A stretch of DNA of 64,000 bases from Chitinophagaceae bacterium (GTDB lineage Bacteria > Bacteroidota > Bacteroidia > Chitinophagales > Chitinophagaceae): contig CANFKE010000014.1 in the NCBI GenBank assembly GCA_947447465.1, positions 8,531 through 72,530 of the forward strand, given 5' to 3'. The translations under genes were made by a program, and so were the position numbers. The notes beneath the pieces are model-generated. The model did not search any database. It was not told the DNA's origin and saw nothing but the letters and a program-made list of their open reading frames with translations. Shown here in pieces: positions 48,501 to 58,208 of this stretch (its first letter is position 1; every line of letters starts with the position of its first letter).

Positions 48501-49291
48501 CCCCTAAAGACATCAACTACTTCTTTGGCAAGGGCAAGATAAGTACGTATGCCGATAACGGCATTACTGATGCCGCAGGTATGGATACATCAATGGCGAT
48601 AGGCGGATATTCTGCTAATCCGGTGAACAATGACGAACCGCCGATCGTAAGGCCATTCATTAATGATAGTGCATTTATCAACGGAGGCATTACAGGATCG
48701 AATACATCATTGTATGTGGTGCTCCATTCACAGACCGGTATCAATGTATCGGGATATGGAATTGGCCATGACCTTACCGCTGTATTGGATGGTAATGTAG
48801 AATTGCCATACATACTGAATGACTATTACGAGACCGCTCCCAATACCTATCAGTTAGGATTTGCTAAATACCCTCTGTCAGGCCTGCCTGATGGGTTGCA
48901 TACCATAAAAGTTAAAGCCTGGGATGTGAACAATAATATAGGTGAAGGATCCGTTGATTTTGTAGTGATCAAGGGCGAGATATTTGCCGTACAGAATCTG
49001 GGTAATTATCCTAATCCGTTCTCAGGTATCACCCACTTTGTTTTTGAGCACAACCACCCGGATGAACAACTGGACGTGCAGATATCTATCTATAATACTG
49101 CAGGCGCACTGGCCAAGACCATAAAAGAGACCTTTACACCTACAGGCAGCCGCAGTGCAGATATCACCTGGGATGGTACTGATAATGGCGGATCTCCGTT
49201 ACCTGCGGGTGTATATGTGTACAGACTGAACATATCAACAGAAAAAGGTTATAAGACGTCTGCATACCAAAAGCTGGTCATCATACGTTAA
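45527..49291 (+). CDS. porU: T9SS sortase PorU (C25 peptidase)
   Basis: GTWYKIG, AIRDFVR, SDDFYG, DIGTGR, catalytic NYNGHG and ATCDFG; CTD with NYPNPF; directly upstream of porV. Confidence 0.95.
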   Translation: MKKNIINYSALLLLSMAAISPAHAYVTNCKVSSQDIQTGYVSQKVWLKSYAMPKVVVSDLTYTTGVTLPDNVATGNQSDVIVRLGMERKKPFAVISIPAYKANGTSGRADQVAGFTLDITEADAPATDASAKSTTVTNSVLSTGTWYKIGITKTGLYKLDAAFFTSMGVNIADINPANIRIFGNGGTMLSEDNAQPRINDLAENNIWVNDGGDNAFNSNDYVVLYGSGPTALVKDSARQRFTHLNNLYTDTAYYFITLNSGAGARVQTQSSVPTANTTATTFNYFDVNDMDLINPTGYSKSWFNEKYSPDINLSTKSYSFDLGDNIANLECKIKFACHQEGANSSINTTFNGAPMGTYVFNNPTPAIADILLTHIAPVWNVACNSNTANITITFNASAADPSAKGFLDYIEINGRRNLNMTGNQLNFRDWASTGAGKITNYQLTGANGFTKVWDVTDPIHPILMQGSLSGSTYSFTQNANMLHEFVAMNNEALYSAYYIGGVPNQNLHATAPADFIIVTDPSMVSAAQRLADFHGNHDHLRTAIVTTKDIYNEFSSGAQDLSAIRDFVRMMYKNAGTDTANIPRYFLLLGSASYDYKHRLANNCNLVPTFEATNDSNSINSFLSDDFYGFLDDNENIENNSIVNALDIGTGRISARSLAVANDVVDKIIHYKSAATLGPWRLSTTFAADNNDGAGFHAGDAETIAAQLTQSTKNLYNEQKVYLDVIPFVKTPAGDRCPNANVAINDQIYKGSFMINYNGHGRNDLLAHERILTQDDYSQWSNIDMLPFMITATCDFGQFDHPEFISAAENLLFDTKGGVIAMITTTQAVFSTYNKTMNQEFVSSQFTRNANGTWNTFGDAVRAGKNMTYVTPQIESVLANFRKWTLLGDPALTPNFPENKVILDSILDGATMEAADTVRALGKYTIKGSVRDNNNAILTNFNGSLTMSFYDKARTVSFPAGCGLSTFRIQDNLVYKGKVSVTNGLFTITFITPKDINYFFGKGKISTYADNGITDAAGMDTSMAIGGYSANPVNNDEPPIVRPFINDSAFINGGITGSNTSLYVVLHSQTGINVSGYGIGHDLTAVLDGNVELPYILNDYYETAPNTYQLGFAKYPLSGLPDGLHTIKVKAWDVNNNIGEGSVDFVVIKGEIFAVQNLGNYPNPFSGITHFVFEHNHPDEQLDVQISIYNTAGALAKTIKETFTPTGSRSADITWDGTDNGGSPLPAGVYVYRLNISTEKGYKTSAYQKLVIIR

Positions 49292-49378
49292 TACAATTGC
49301 CGTATCTCAATTAAATATTGTCATACTGGGCAAAAAGGAATATTTTTGCAAAACTTTAAATAAAATAATAATAACAAA

Positions 49379-50587
49379 ATGGCAAAACATTTTGCAATTG
49401 CAAGTTTAACACTATTGGCTGGTTTGGCTGGTCTGGATGCATCGGCACAAACTGCTGCAAAGACCACACAGACCACTGCTTCTAACGTAAATGGTACCCA
49501 GAACTTTGTTACAACAGCAGTTCCCTTCCTGAGAATCACCCCCGATGCCCGCGCAGGAGCTATGGGCGATGTTGGTATAGCTACCACACCCGACGCTAAT
49601 GCACAATACTGGAACGTGGCCAAGCTGGCATTCTCTGAAAAGAATTATGGTATCTCCGCTACATATACTCCATGGTTGAAGGACCTCGTTCCTGATATCT
49701 TTCTGGCATATATAGCAGGATATGCTAAAATAGGTAAAGACAATAACCAGACGATCAGCGCATCTATGCGTTATTTCTCTCTGGGTAATATCAACTACAC
49801 TACCAACACCGGCGACCCGAACGGAACCGGTATGCCTCGTGAATTCTCATTCGATGTAGGCTACTCTCGTAAGCTGTCTGAATATTTGTCAACAGGTGTA
49901 AGCCTTCGTTATATTCACTCTGCAATTGCTTCGGGCGTTAGTTACCTTGCAGGTAATAACTACAAGCCGGGTAATGCACTGTCTGCCGATGCAGGTGTTT
50001 ACTACACTAAGAAGAAAGAAAAAGATGATATCCATACCAACACCCTTAGCCTGGGTGCCGTAGTGAGTAATCTTGGTTCTAAGATCTCTTACAACTCCAG
50101 CAGAAAAGACTTCATCCCTATGAATCTTGGTCTGGGTGTAGCTTATACTTCTCAGTTCGACCAGTATAACAAGATCACCTTCGCATTTGATGTGAACAAA
50201 CTATTGGTACCTGCGCTCAACAGCTCAGATACACAGGTAGGTATCATCAGCGGTGTGTTTTCATCATTCAGCGGTGGCGACCAGCTTAAGAAGCTGGATA
50301 TCTCTCTGGGTGCTGAATACTGGTATCAGGATCAGTTCGCTATCCGTGCAGGATATTTCTACGAAGACAAGACCAATGGTGACCGTCAGTACATCACAGC
50401 AGGATTGGGTGTTAAGTACAATGTATTCCAGCTCAATGCAGCATACATCGTTCCACAGGGAAGCGGCACTACCCGTAACCCACTGTCTAACACTGTTCGT
50501 TTCTCTTTGTTGTTCGAATTTGATAAGTTGAACAAGCCGGCTGATGAAGCTCCGGCTGATGTTGCACCTCCTGCTTCAACTAACTAA
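49379..50587 (+). CDS. porV: T9SS outer-membrane shuttle PorV
   Basis: TAVPFLRITPDARAGAMGD, YTPWL, SMRYFSLG, GAEYWY and NPLSNTVRFSL motifs. Confidence 0.96.
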   Translation: MAKHFAIASLTLLAGLAGLDASAQTAAKTTQTTASNVNGTQNFVTTAVPFLRITPDARAGAMGDVGIATTPDANAQYWNVAKLAFSEKNYGISATYTPWLKDLVPDIFLAYIAGYAKIGKDNNQTISASMRYFSLGNINYTTNTGDPNGTGMPREFSFDVGYSRKLSEYLSTGVSLRYIHSAIASGVSYLAGNNYKPGNALSADAGVYYTKKKEKDDIHTNTLSLGAVVSNLGSKISYNSSRKDFIPMNLGLGVAYTSQFDQYNKITFAFDVNKLLVPALNSSDTQVGIISGVFSSFSGGDQLKKLDISLGAEYWYQDQFAIRAGYFYEDKTNGDRQYITAGLGVKYNVFQLNAAYIVPQGSGTTRNPLSNTVRFSLLFEFDKLNKPADEAPADVAPPASTN

Positions 50588-50606
50588 TAACAGAATACTG
50601 AAAATA

Positions 50607-50643
50607 AAAAAAAGAGCGCTTCAGACCGAAGCGCTCTTTTTTT
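50607..50643. terminator. Bidirectional intrinsic terminator between porV and the convergent adhesin gene
   Basis: AAAAAAAGAGCGCTTC-AGACC-GAAGCGCTCTTTTTTT. Confidence 0.9.
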
Positions 50644-50707
50644 GTGTACCATATTCAACACAAATTATACCGATTAAACATTAAAAACAGGCACGTCTAC
50701 GATTGTT

Positions 50708-50779
50708 GCGGCCCTACGGGACGCTGTAGAATAGGTAGGTAATAAAGACTACAAAGCTTTTGCACCTAACGGAGCAATG
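50708..50779. repeat. Inverted REP-like doublet (REPIN-like)
   Basis: GCGGCCC-TAC-GGGACGC-N9-GGTAG, a 10-nt spacer, then CTACA-N8-GCACC-TAAC-GGAGC. Confidence 0.7.
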
Positions 50780-50860
50780 AAATGTTATAATGCCGAAATT
50801 CAATGTCTATTTGGTATTACTTGCTTATGATCGTATTCTAAGTACTATAAGATCAGAACA

Positions 50861-53800
50861 TTATTCCCCGACCACTATACGCTCGGTAACCTTTCCTGTC
50901 TCTGTGATAGCAGTTAACAGATAGGCCCCGGGTGCTACATTCATATTGACCTGCACCTTCTTGTTGGTCTCCGCATCCCATTCTTTCACCACCCTGCCCA
51001 ACATATCGGTCATCATCAAATGAACTTGCTCTGTTCTTGCAGCGGCAAGCTGCAGCATAAATGATCCGTTGTTTGGATTGGGGACAACATGCATATTGAA
51101 CTCACCGGCATTGACATTTACAACAGCAACCGGCGCATTATAATAGGTCTTCTGCATACAGCCGTCGCGTGTAGTGATGACCCAATAATACTTGCCGGCA
51201 AGATCGGGCGCAGGTTCATAATAGTTCTGGTTGGTCTCTCCCGACAATAAAGTAGAATCCAACGTTACCACATCATCATACCCCCACTGATAAGTATGTT
51301 CATCAGAAGGCATACAAACGAACTCACCACCGAAATAGATCACAGATGGCTCATCAGCAATACCACCATCTACCAATACAGCAAATGAATCTCTCTGCGC
51401 ACACCCTGACGAGAGCATAGTTGAGGTAAGATAGATCCAACCGAAGCCGGGGGTAGTAAAATTGATCAAACAATTCTGTGCACCGGCACCTGTAGCCCAT
51501 ATACCGGCCGGACTGGTTGCCTGCCATGTATATTGCTCTCCGGCATAAGGGGCCAAAGTGGTACCGAAGTTCTGATAATGCGTATTCAAACACAATACCG
51601 ACGGGCTCTTGATATCTATGTGCGGCATATGCGCACCCGGACTGAGTATCACATCCAATTGCTCTACATTATAGCAACTATTGGCAGTGATCGTGAATAC
51701 ATAGACAACAGTGATATTGCTACCAGTAGTATTGGAGACACTGTCGTGAATGATGCCCGTGCCCGATGATGCCGGAGGAACAATACCTGCTACCGCAGAC
51801 CTTGTCCAGTTGAACACAGCTCCCGGCGTAGGACTTACAGGTATATAATCGAATATTATCCCGCCGCAGACCGCTTCCGCATGAGCACTAGTTAACCTAG
51901 GTGTAGGATTCACCCGCACCACAATTGACTGTGTATCCGCACAACCATTAGCTATCAACGCTACAGTATAAGTGACATTGACAGGCAGACTGGTGATATT
52001 GTCCAATACCTCGGCAATAACACCCACTCCGCTCACCGGTGCATTGGCAATACCCGCATTAGCAACTCTGGACCAGGCAAACGAAGCACCCAACGTTACC
52101 GTTGATGGCGTATATCCGAATAAGGTACTGTCGCAGATAGGCGAAGGAGTCAAAGTACTGGTGAGTGTAGGGGCACTGTTTACTGTAACAATATGATGAG
52201 CAGAAAGTACATTACAACCCAACGTAACGGTATAACGGAGAACAACAGTTCCCGCAGCCACACCTCTCACCATACCACCCGCTGTGATGGTTGCAATAGC
52301 AGGATCGCTGCTACTCCACACTCCGCCATTTACAGTATCGGTCAGCAAAATATCCGCACCAATACATACTGCCGATGGTCCGATAATAACGCCCGTATCG
52401 GGCAGTGCATCCACAACAATGACATAGGTAGCAGCTACATGACCACAACTATTGGTTACTGTGTAGCTAACCGTATCAGTGCCCGGAACAACACCTGACA
52501 CCACTCCACTTGCGGCAATTGTTGCCGCACCATTACTCACCGACCATACACCTCCTGAAACAGTATTAGTCAATGTAGCAAACCCGCCAAGACATATATG
52601 GGTAGCACCGCTGATCGCGCCGGTTACCGGCAATGGATTGACTGTTACGGCGAGTGTAGTTGCAGCCGTGCCACACACACTTGTTGCCGCATATGTGATC
52701 GTTGCGGTACCCCCTGAGATACCGGTAACCACACCTGCGGTATCTACCGTAGCAACAGACACACTATCAGAGGTCCATATACCACCGGTAACCGTATTGG
52801 TCAATACAATGGTCTGCCCCTGGCATACCACCCCGGCACCAACTATTGTATCTACAAAAGGAGTATTATTCACTACGACGCTCTTCATCGCCGATGTTGA
52901 CCCGCATACGTTGGTGGTCGTATATAGAATAGTATCCGTACCATTCAGTACGCCTGTGACCATACCGCCTGCAACAGTAGCATTGCTGTTAGTAGCGGTC
53001 CAAACACCACCAACAATAATATTGGTCAATGTTATATTAGTACCCACACATACACTCGGAAGTCCGGTAATGACACCTGCAGGAGGCAATGTATCTATGA
53101 CCACTGTATGTCTTGCTGTTGCTGTTCCGCAAATATTGGAGATCGTATAGATGATGGTATCAGCACCCTGACTGACTCCTGCTACTATACCACCTGTTAC
53201 TGTAGCATGAGTGTTGGTAGTGGTCCACACTCCACCGGCAATACTATCTGTAAGTGTAATAGATTGACCAGCACAAACTGTACCTAATCCTGTGATAACA
53301 CTGACCGTTGGCGTCTGATTGATGGTCACTTCCTTAGTTACAACATCTGTTCCGCAACTATTATTTACTGAATAAGTGATCGTATCTATACCCACACTTA
53401 CACCGGCTACAACACCCGCTATCACTGTAGCGTGACCATTAGATGCTATCCATGTTCCACCGGCTACAGATGGCGATAAAGTTATCTGTGCTCCGGTACA
53501 TACAGCACCCGATCCTATCAATGTGCCTGCATGAGGCAGCGGCGCCACATGTACCATCTGGGTATCGGTGGCCGTTCCGCAGCTATTGGTCACAGAATAT
53601 GAAATGATCACGTTTCCGGAAGACACACCATAGACCACACCACCACTTATCGTTGCTATCGCATTATTCCCCGACGACCACACACCTCCTGTAGTGACAT
53701 TGCCGAGAGTCAATGTAGCTGCTTCGCACAATGTTGACGATACCCCTGTTATAGTACCTGCATCAGGCGACAGATCAACAGTCACTAACTGAGTATCTGC

Positions 53801-56800
53801 TATCGTACCACAAGTATTGCTGACTGTATAAGATATGATGGCCATACCCTGTGCAGCACCATGCACCACTCCACCAACAACACTCGCTACCGATGGTGCA
53901 TCGCTACTCCACGTTCCGCCTGTTGTAGTATTACCCAAAGTGATGTTCACACCTGTACAAACTATATGACCACCGGTAATGGTACCGGCTACAGGTAACG
54001 GCAATACGGTTATCATTTGTGTATCTACAGCGGTGCCACAACCTGCTGTAGCACTATAAGAAATGATCACCGTTCCGGCGCTTACACCTGTCACTGCGCC
54101 ACCACTGCTTATGGTTGCAGCCGCGCCACCGCTTATCCAGCTACCTGTATTTACAGTATTGGTCAAAGAAATAGTGCTGCCCGCACAAACAGATGTTGGA
54201 CCGCTTATATGTCCGGCATCGGGCGTAAGATCTACAACTACCAATTGTGTATCTACGGCTGTACCGCAGCTATTGGTAACGGAGTAAGATATAATTGCAG
54301 CTCCCACACTTACCCCATGCACTACACCGGCAGTTACAGTAGCTGATGCATCGCTGCTCGACCAGCTACCACCTCCTGTAGAGTTGGACAATGTAATATT
54401 TACACCCGTACACACTCTGTGCAACCCTGTTATTGTTCCTGCAAATGGCTGTGGGGTCACCACTACCATTTGTGTATCTGTCACCGATCCGCAAGAACCG
54501 GAAATAGTGTAAGATATTATTGCATTACCAACCGACAACCCCGACACAACACCTGCAGTTACCGTAGCTGTAGCAGGAGCATTAGTGCCCCATGTACCAC
54601 CCGTGATACTACCCGTCAAAGTAATATCTGTTCCCTGACATACTGCAGTCGGTCCGCTTATAGCACCTATTGCAGCTGGTGGCAATACAGTTATCATTTG
54701 CGTATCCACCTGCGTGCCGCAACCATTAGTTGCCGTATAAGATAAGATAGTTGTTCCTGCCGCTACCCCATGCACCATACCCCCAGATGTGACCGTTGCT
54801 ATGGATGGCAGGCTGCTGCCCCATATACCTGAAGCGCCTGTAGTAGTCAATGTTATATTGGCACCCGCGCACACATTTGTGGGGCCGCTTACTGTTCCTG
54901 CATTGGGCAACGGGTTCACCACCACCATCTGCGTATCTGTTGCCGTGCCGCAACTATTGTTAACACTGTAAGATATGACCGCATTGCCCGTGGCCACCCC
55001 ATGCACTACCCCTCCGCTCACTGTAGCTCTGGCAGTGTTACTACTAGCCCATACACCCCCTGGTGCAGGGTCAGTGAGTGTGATCGCCGCACCGACACAA
55101 ACTCCTGTCAACCCGCTTATCGTCCCGGCATTAGGAGTGGCATCTACTGTCAGCAAAAGTGTATCATAGGCGCTGCCACAACCATTTGGCGAGGTTACTG
55201 TATAAGAGATAATCACCAAACCCGCACTTACGCCACCTGCTATGCCGCTACTATTGATGGTGGCTATAGACGTGTTACTGGTACTCCATGTACCTGCTAC
55301 TGTATTGTTATATGCTGTTGAGGTAATTGTTCCGTTACACAAACTGTTTTGACCTGTTGTAAGTCCTACTACCGGCAAAGGATATACCCTTACCATTTGT
55401 GTATCAATAGCAGTATCACATGCGTTGGTCACCGTGTATGAAATAATAGTAGTACCTATGCTTACACCGCTTACTACTCCTGCCCCGTTCACTGTTGCAA
55501 CAACAGGCAGCGTACTACTCCATACTCCACCTGTAGCTGCATTACTCAGCGTAAGCGTAGCTCCCTCACATACTGTATTAGCTCCGGTTATTGTTCCTGC
55601 AACCGCGGCAACATTTACTACGAATGGCAATGTAGCAGATGCACTGCCGCAACCATTGGTCAATGTATAACTGATGGTCGTATTACCCACCAATGCTACA
55701 CTACCCACTGTTCCCGTAGCACTCACGGTAGCTATCGCATTGTTGGCCGACGACCATACTCCACCAGTCGCAGTATCAGCCAATATTACTGTTTGCCCGG
55801 CTCCGCATACCGCAGTAGTTCCTGTAATGACTCCCGGCGATGGTAATGCTTTTATTGTATCTACATTAGTGACAACTGTTGTACCGCAAGTATTACCTAT
55901 AGAATAACTGATAGTAGCCGATCCTGCATGTACACCATTTATGGTCACTGTTGCGCCCGAAGCTATAATTGTCGCTATCGAGGCATCGCTAGTTGCCCAT
56001 GTTCCCCCATTTACCGTATTGCTCATTACTATAGGCGAACCTATACAATGACTTACCGGACCCGTGATGGCAGGTATGACCGGAAGCGAATCGATACGGA
56101 TGATCCACCTTCTGGTACTTGTATCACCTCCTTCTATCTTGTAGAGCAGCACCGTGTCTTTACCGGGGAAATGGGGTGTCAAAACACCGGTCACACTATC
56201 TATCGATGCCATTGTTCTGTTGGTCACATTCCATATGCCACCTACTGTTGCACTGGTAAACGACACAGGACCTCCCGTAACACAAAAACGAGCAGGGCCC
56301 GATATAGTATCCATTATAGGTAAAGGATAGTCCCGATAAATAGATATGGTGCCCCCATTATTATTGGTGGCCACTATTTCAGGATAGCCATCTCCATCAA
56401 GGTCTCCGAGATTCACACCCAGCGGCGTTGTTCCTGCTGCTATATCCATCTTCGTGGCAAATGACCCTGCCCCGAAGGGAATACCGGCAGTACTTATATT
56501 TCTGAATATTGATAGTTTATTGCTGCCGGCATTGGCTACCACCAGATCAGGCTTACCATCTCCATTAAGGTCTCCTGTTCCTATACCTGCCGGCGATGCG
56601 AGAGTGACATAATTAAAACCGGGTTCAAAAGTAGTGGCATCTATCACACCAATCACACCCACGTTCCTGTAAACGATCATATTACTGGTACTGGTTACCG
56701 TACCTGCAATATCCAACCTGCCATCACCGTCTATATCCACAAGTTGAAGATCAGATACCTTGCCGGGAGCAGAAAGTATGACACGGGGCGCGAAATCTAT

Positions 56801-57886
56801 TCCGCCTGATGCAGATATGTTCTTCAATACCGAGAATGTTTCACTGGAATCATCCGCCACCACTACGTCTGCAAATCCGTCACCATCCACATCACCAATG
56901 CAAAGCCCTATAGGCAGTAACCCGCATCTGTATGTACCTGAGTAAGTAAAACTCACATTGCCAACCGTACTATTGTTGCGCAAGATCAGCACATTGGCAG
57001 AATCTCTGCAGCTCACAGCAACATCCGGCTTGCCATCTTTATCAAAGTCCGCAATACCTATTACGTATGGCGCAACACCCATCGGATAGACACTTATGTC
57101 TGTCAGTGGAGCAAAAGCAATATTACCAATGTTAGAGATATTTCTGTAAAAGGCAACTTTTGACGCGCCTAATTGTGCCATCACAATATCCAGCAGCCCG
57201 TCACCATCTATATCGGCAAGTTTGATGCTGGTGGGCTGATTACCACCAGGCAGTGAGCCATTGGGAAAGACCGAACCAACAGGAGCAAATGATGCACTAC
57301 TGATCCAACCCGGACTGCTTACATTTCTGTAGATCACCAGATTACCAAGATATGGTGTCTCATGCCTGGCCACTGTTACCATATCTGCCCTTCCATCACC
57401 GTCAAGATCACCGATAACTGTAATATAACCTTTGGCCGGATCTGTTAGCACGCCTCCATTACCAATTGACAGATTGGTAGAAAGAAATAATGATGATTGT
57501 CTGAAATTGATAGTATCCTGATAAAAATGACTGCTATTGAACGTGGGTAAATACCTACCTCCATGATAGCAGGATAAATGACTGATAGTATCTATGACCG
57601 ATACCGGACCAAATACGGCACCCGTATCTAGCTGTACCGTCAATTGTGTAGTTGTTCCACCCAATACTACTGCACGGGTAGAGCCAAAATAAACGACATT
57701 ATTGGTAGGTACCGCATTAAAATTATTACCTGTAATAGTAATAGTAGTACCGGTAGCAGCTATAGAAGGAGATACATTGAAGATATCAGGAGCCTGCGCA
57801 CGCGCACATGCACTTCCCATCATCAGGAGCACGAGGCAGCAATATCTGAGATAAACAAAAGGGTTATTGAAGAGCAATTTTGACAT
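50861..57886 (-). CDS. Giant T9SS type A adhesin-like protein: IPT/TIG, 7 FG-GAP/VCBS repeats, 18 Ig-like (Big_2-like) repeats, PKD-like domains, CTD
   Basis: Seven D.DGDG.PD-type motifs; 18 repeats of about 77 aa (I.G...C.G..I.L...GG.W.S...ATV..G.V.G...G...ISY...CG); C-terminal VVPNPNNG..MTDMLGR..PGAYLL. Confidence 0.92.
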   Translation of the reverse strand: MSKLLFNNPFVYLRYCCLVLLMMGSACARAQAPDIFNVSPSIAATGTTITITGNNFNAVPTNNVVYFGSTRAVVLGGTTTQLTVQLDTGAVFGPVSVIDTISHLSCYHGGRYLPTFNSSHFYQDTINFRQSSLFLSTNLSIGNGGVLTDPAKGYITVIGDLDGDGRADMVTVARHETPYLGNLVIYRNVSSPGWISSASFAPVGSVFPNGSLPGGNQPTSIKLADIDGDGLLDIVMAQLGASKVAFYRNISNIGNIAFAPLTDISVYPMGVAPYVIGIADFDKDGKPDVAVSCRDSANVLILRNNSTVGNVSFTYSGTYRCGLLPIGLCIGDVDGDGFADVVVADDSSETFSVLKNISASGGIDFAPRVILSAPGKVSDLQLVDIDGDGRLDIAGTVTSTSNMIVYRNVGVIGVIDATTFEPGFNYVTLASPAGIGTGDLNGDGKPDLVVANAGSNKLSIFRNISTAGIPFGAGSFATKMDIAAGTTPLGVNLGDLDGDGYPEIVATNNNGGTISIYRDYPLPIMDTISGPARFCVTGGPVSFTSATVGGIWNVTNRTMASIDSVTGVLTPHFPGKDTVLLYKIEGGDTSTRRWIIRIDSLPVIPAITGPVSHCIGSPIVMSNTVNGGTWATSDASIATIIASGATVTINGVHAGSATISYSIGNTCGTTVVTNVDTIKALPSPGVITGTTAVCGAGQTVILADTATGGVWSSANNAIATVSATGTVGSVALVGNTTISYTLTNGCGSASATLPFVVNVAAVAGTITGANTVCEGATLTLSNAATGGVWSSTLPVVATVNGAGVVSGVSIGTTIISYTVTNACDTAIDTQMVRVYPLPVVGLTTGQNSLCNGTITSTAYNNTVAGTWSTSNTSIATINSSGIAGGVSAGLVIISYTVTSPNGCGSAYDTLLLTVDATPNAGTISGLTGVCVGAAITLTDPAPGGVWASSNTARATVSGGVVHGVATGNAVISYSVNNSCGTATDTQMVVVNPLPNAGTVSGPTNVCAGANITLTTTGASGIWGSSLPSIATVTSGGMVHGVAAGTTILSYTATNGCGTQVDTQMITVLPPAAIGAISGPTAVCQGTDITLTGSITGGTWGTNAPATATVTAGVVSGLSVGNAIISYTISGSCGSVTDTQMVVVTPQPFAGTITGLHRVCTGVNITLSNSTGGGSWSSSDASATVTAGVVHGVSVGAAIISYSVTNSCGTAVDTQLVVVDLTPDAGHISGPTSVCAGSTISLTNTVNTGSWISGGAAATISSGGAVTGVSAGTVIISYSATAGCGTAVDTQMITVLPLPVAGTITGGHIVCTGVNITLGNTTTGGTWSSDAPSVASVVGGVVHGAAQGMAIISYTVSNTCGTIADTQLVTVDLSPDAGTITGVSSTLCEAATLTLGNVTTGGVWSSGNNAIATISGGVVYGVSSGNVIISYSVTNSCGTATDTQMVHVAPLPHAGTLIGSGAVCTGAQITLSPSVAGGTWIASNGHATVIAGVVAGVSVGIDTITYSVNNSCGTDVVTKEVTINQTPTVSVITGLGTVCAGQSITLTDSIAGGVWTTTNTHATVTGGIVAGVSQGADTIIYTISNICGTATARHTVVIDTLPPAGVITGLPSVCVGTNITLTNIIVGGVWTATNSNATVAGGMVTGVLNGTDTILYTTTNVCGSTSAMKSVVVNNTPFVDTIVGAGVVCQGQTIVLTNTVTGGIWTSDSVSVATVDTAGVVTGISGGTATITYAATSVCGTAATTLAVTVNPLPVTGAISGATHICLGGFATLTNTVSGGVWSVSNGAATIAASGVVSGVVPGTDTVSYTVTNSCGHVAATYVIVVDALPDTGVIIGPSAVCIGADILLTDTVNGGVWSSSDPAIATITAGGMVRGVAAGTVVLRYTVTLGCNVLSAHHIVTVNSAPTLTSTLTPSPICDSTLFGYTPSTVTLGASFAWSRVANAGIANAPVSGVGVIAEVLDNITSLPVNVTYTVALIANGCADTQSIVVRVNPTPRLTSAHAEAVCGGIIFDYIPVSPTPGAVFNWTRSAVAGIVPPASSGTGIIHDSVSNTTGSNITVVYVFTITANSCYNVEQLDVILSPGAHMPHIDIKSPSVLCLNTHYQNFGTTLAPYAGEQYTWQATSPAGIWATGAGAQNCLINFTTPGFGWIYLTSTMLSSGCAQRDSFAVLVDGGIADEPSVIYFGGEFVCMPSDEHTYQWGYDDVVTLDSTLLSGETNQNYYEPAPDLAGKYYWVITTRDGCMQKTYYNAPVAVVNVNAGEFNMHVVPNPNNGSFMLQLAAARTEQVHLMMTDMLGRVVKEWDAETNKKVQVNMNVAPGAYLLTAITETGKVTERIVVGE

Positions 57887-58154
57887 AAGGTTGTTATTTA
57901 CAGCACAGCAGCAACCTCTCTTGTCGCCGCATCATAGCTTATTAAAATAAGCATGTTAAGCAAATATACATAATATACTACTTAAATATACTACTCAAAA
58001 TAACAATTTCATTAACTAAAAGATGACATTAATCAGCTGATAAACAACACATTACGTCATCATAGAAATTAAACAACACAAAGGCATCAGGCAGTAGCCA
58101 CTTCCGATATTGGAAGATCCGGTGTTGAGGTCTTATCAATTACTACCTGCAACA

Positions 58155-58188
58155 AAAAAGCTCCGATGCACTGGCATCGGAGCTTTTT
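58155..58188 (-). terminator. Intrinsic terminator after the 1743-aa adhesin gene
   Basis: AAAAAGCTCCGATGC-ACTG-GCATCGGAGCTTTTT. Confidence 0.88.
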
Positions 58189-58208
58189 ACATAAATGATA
58201 TACTCAAA

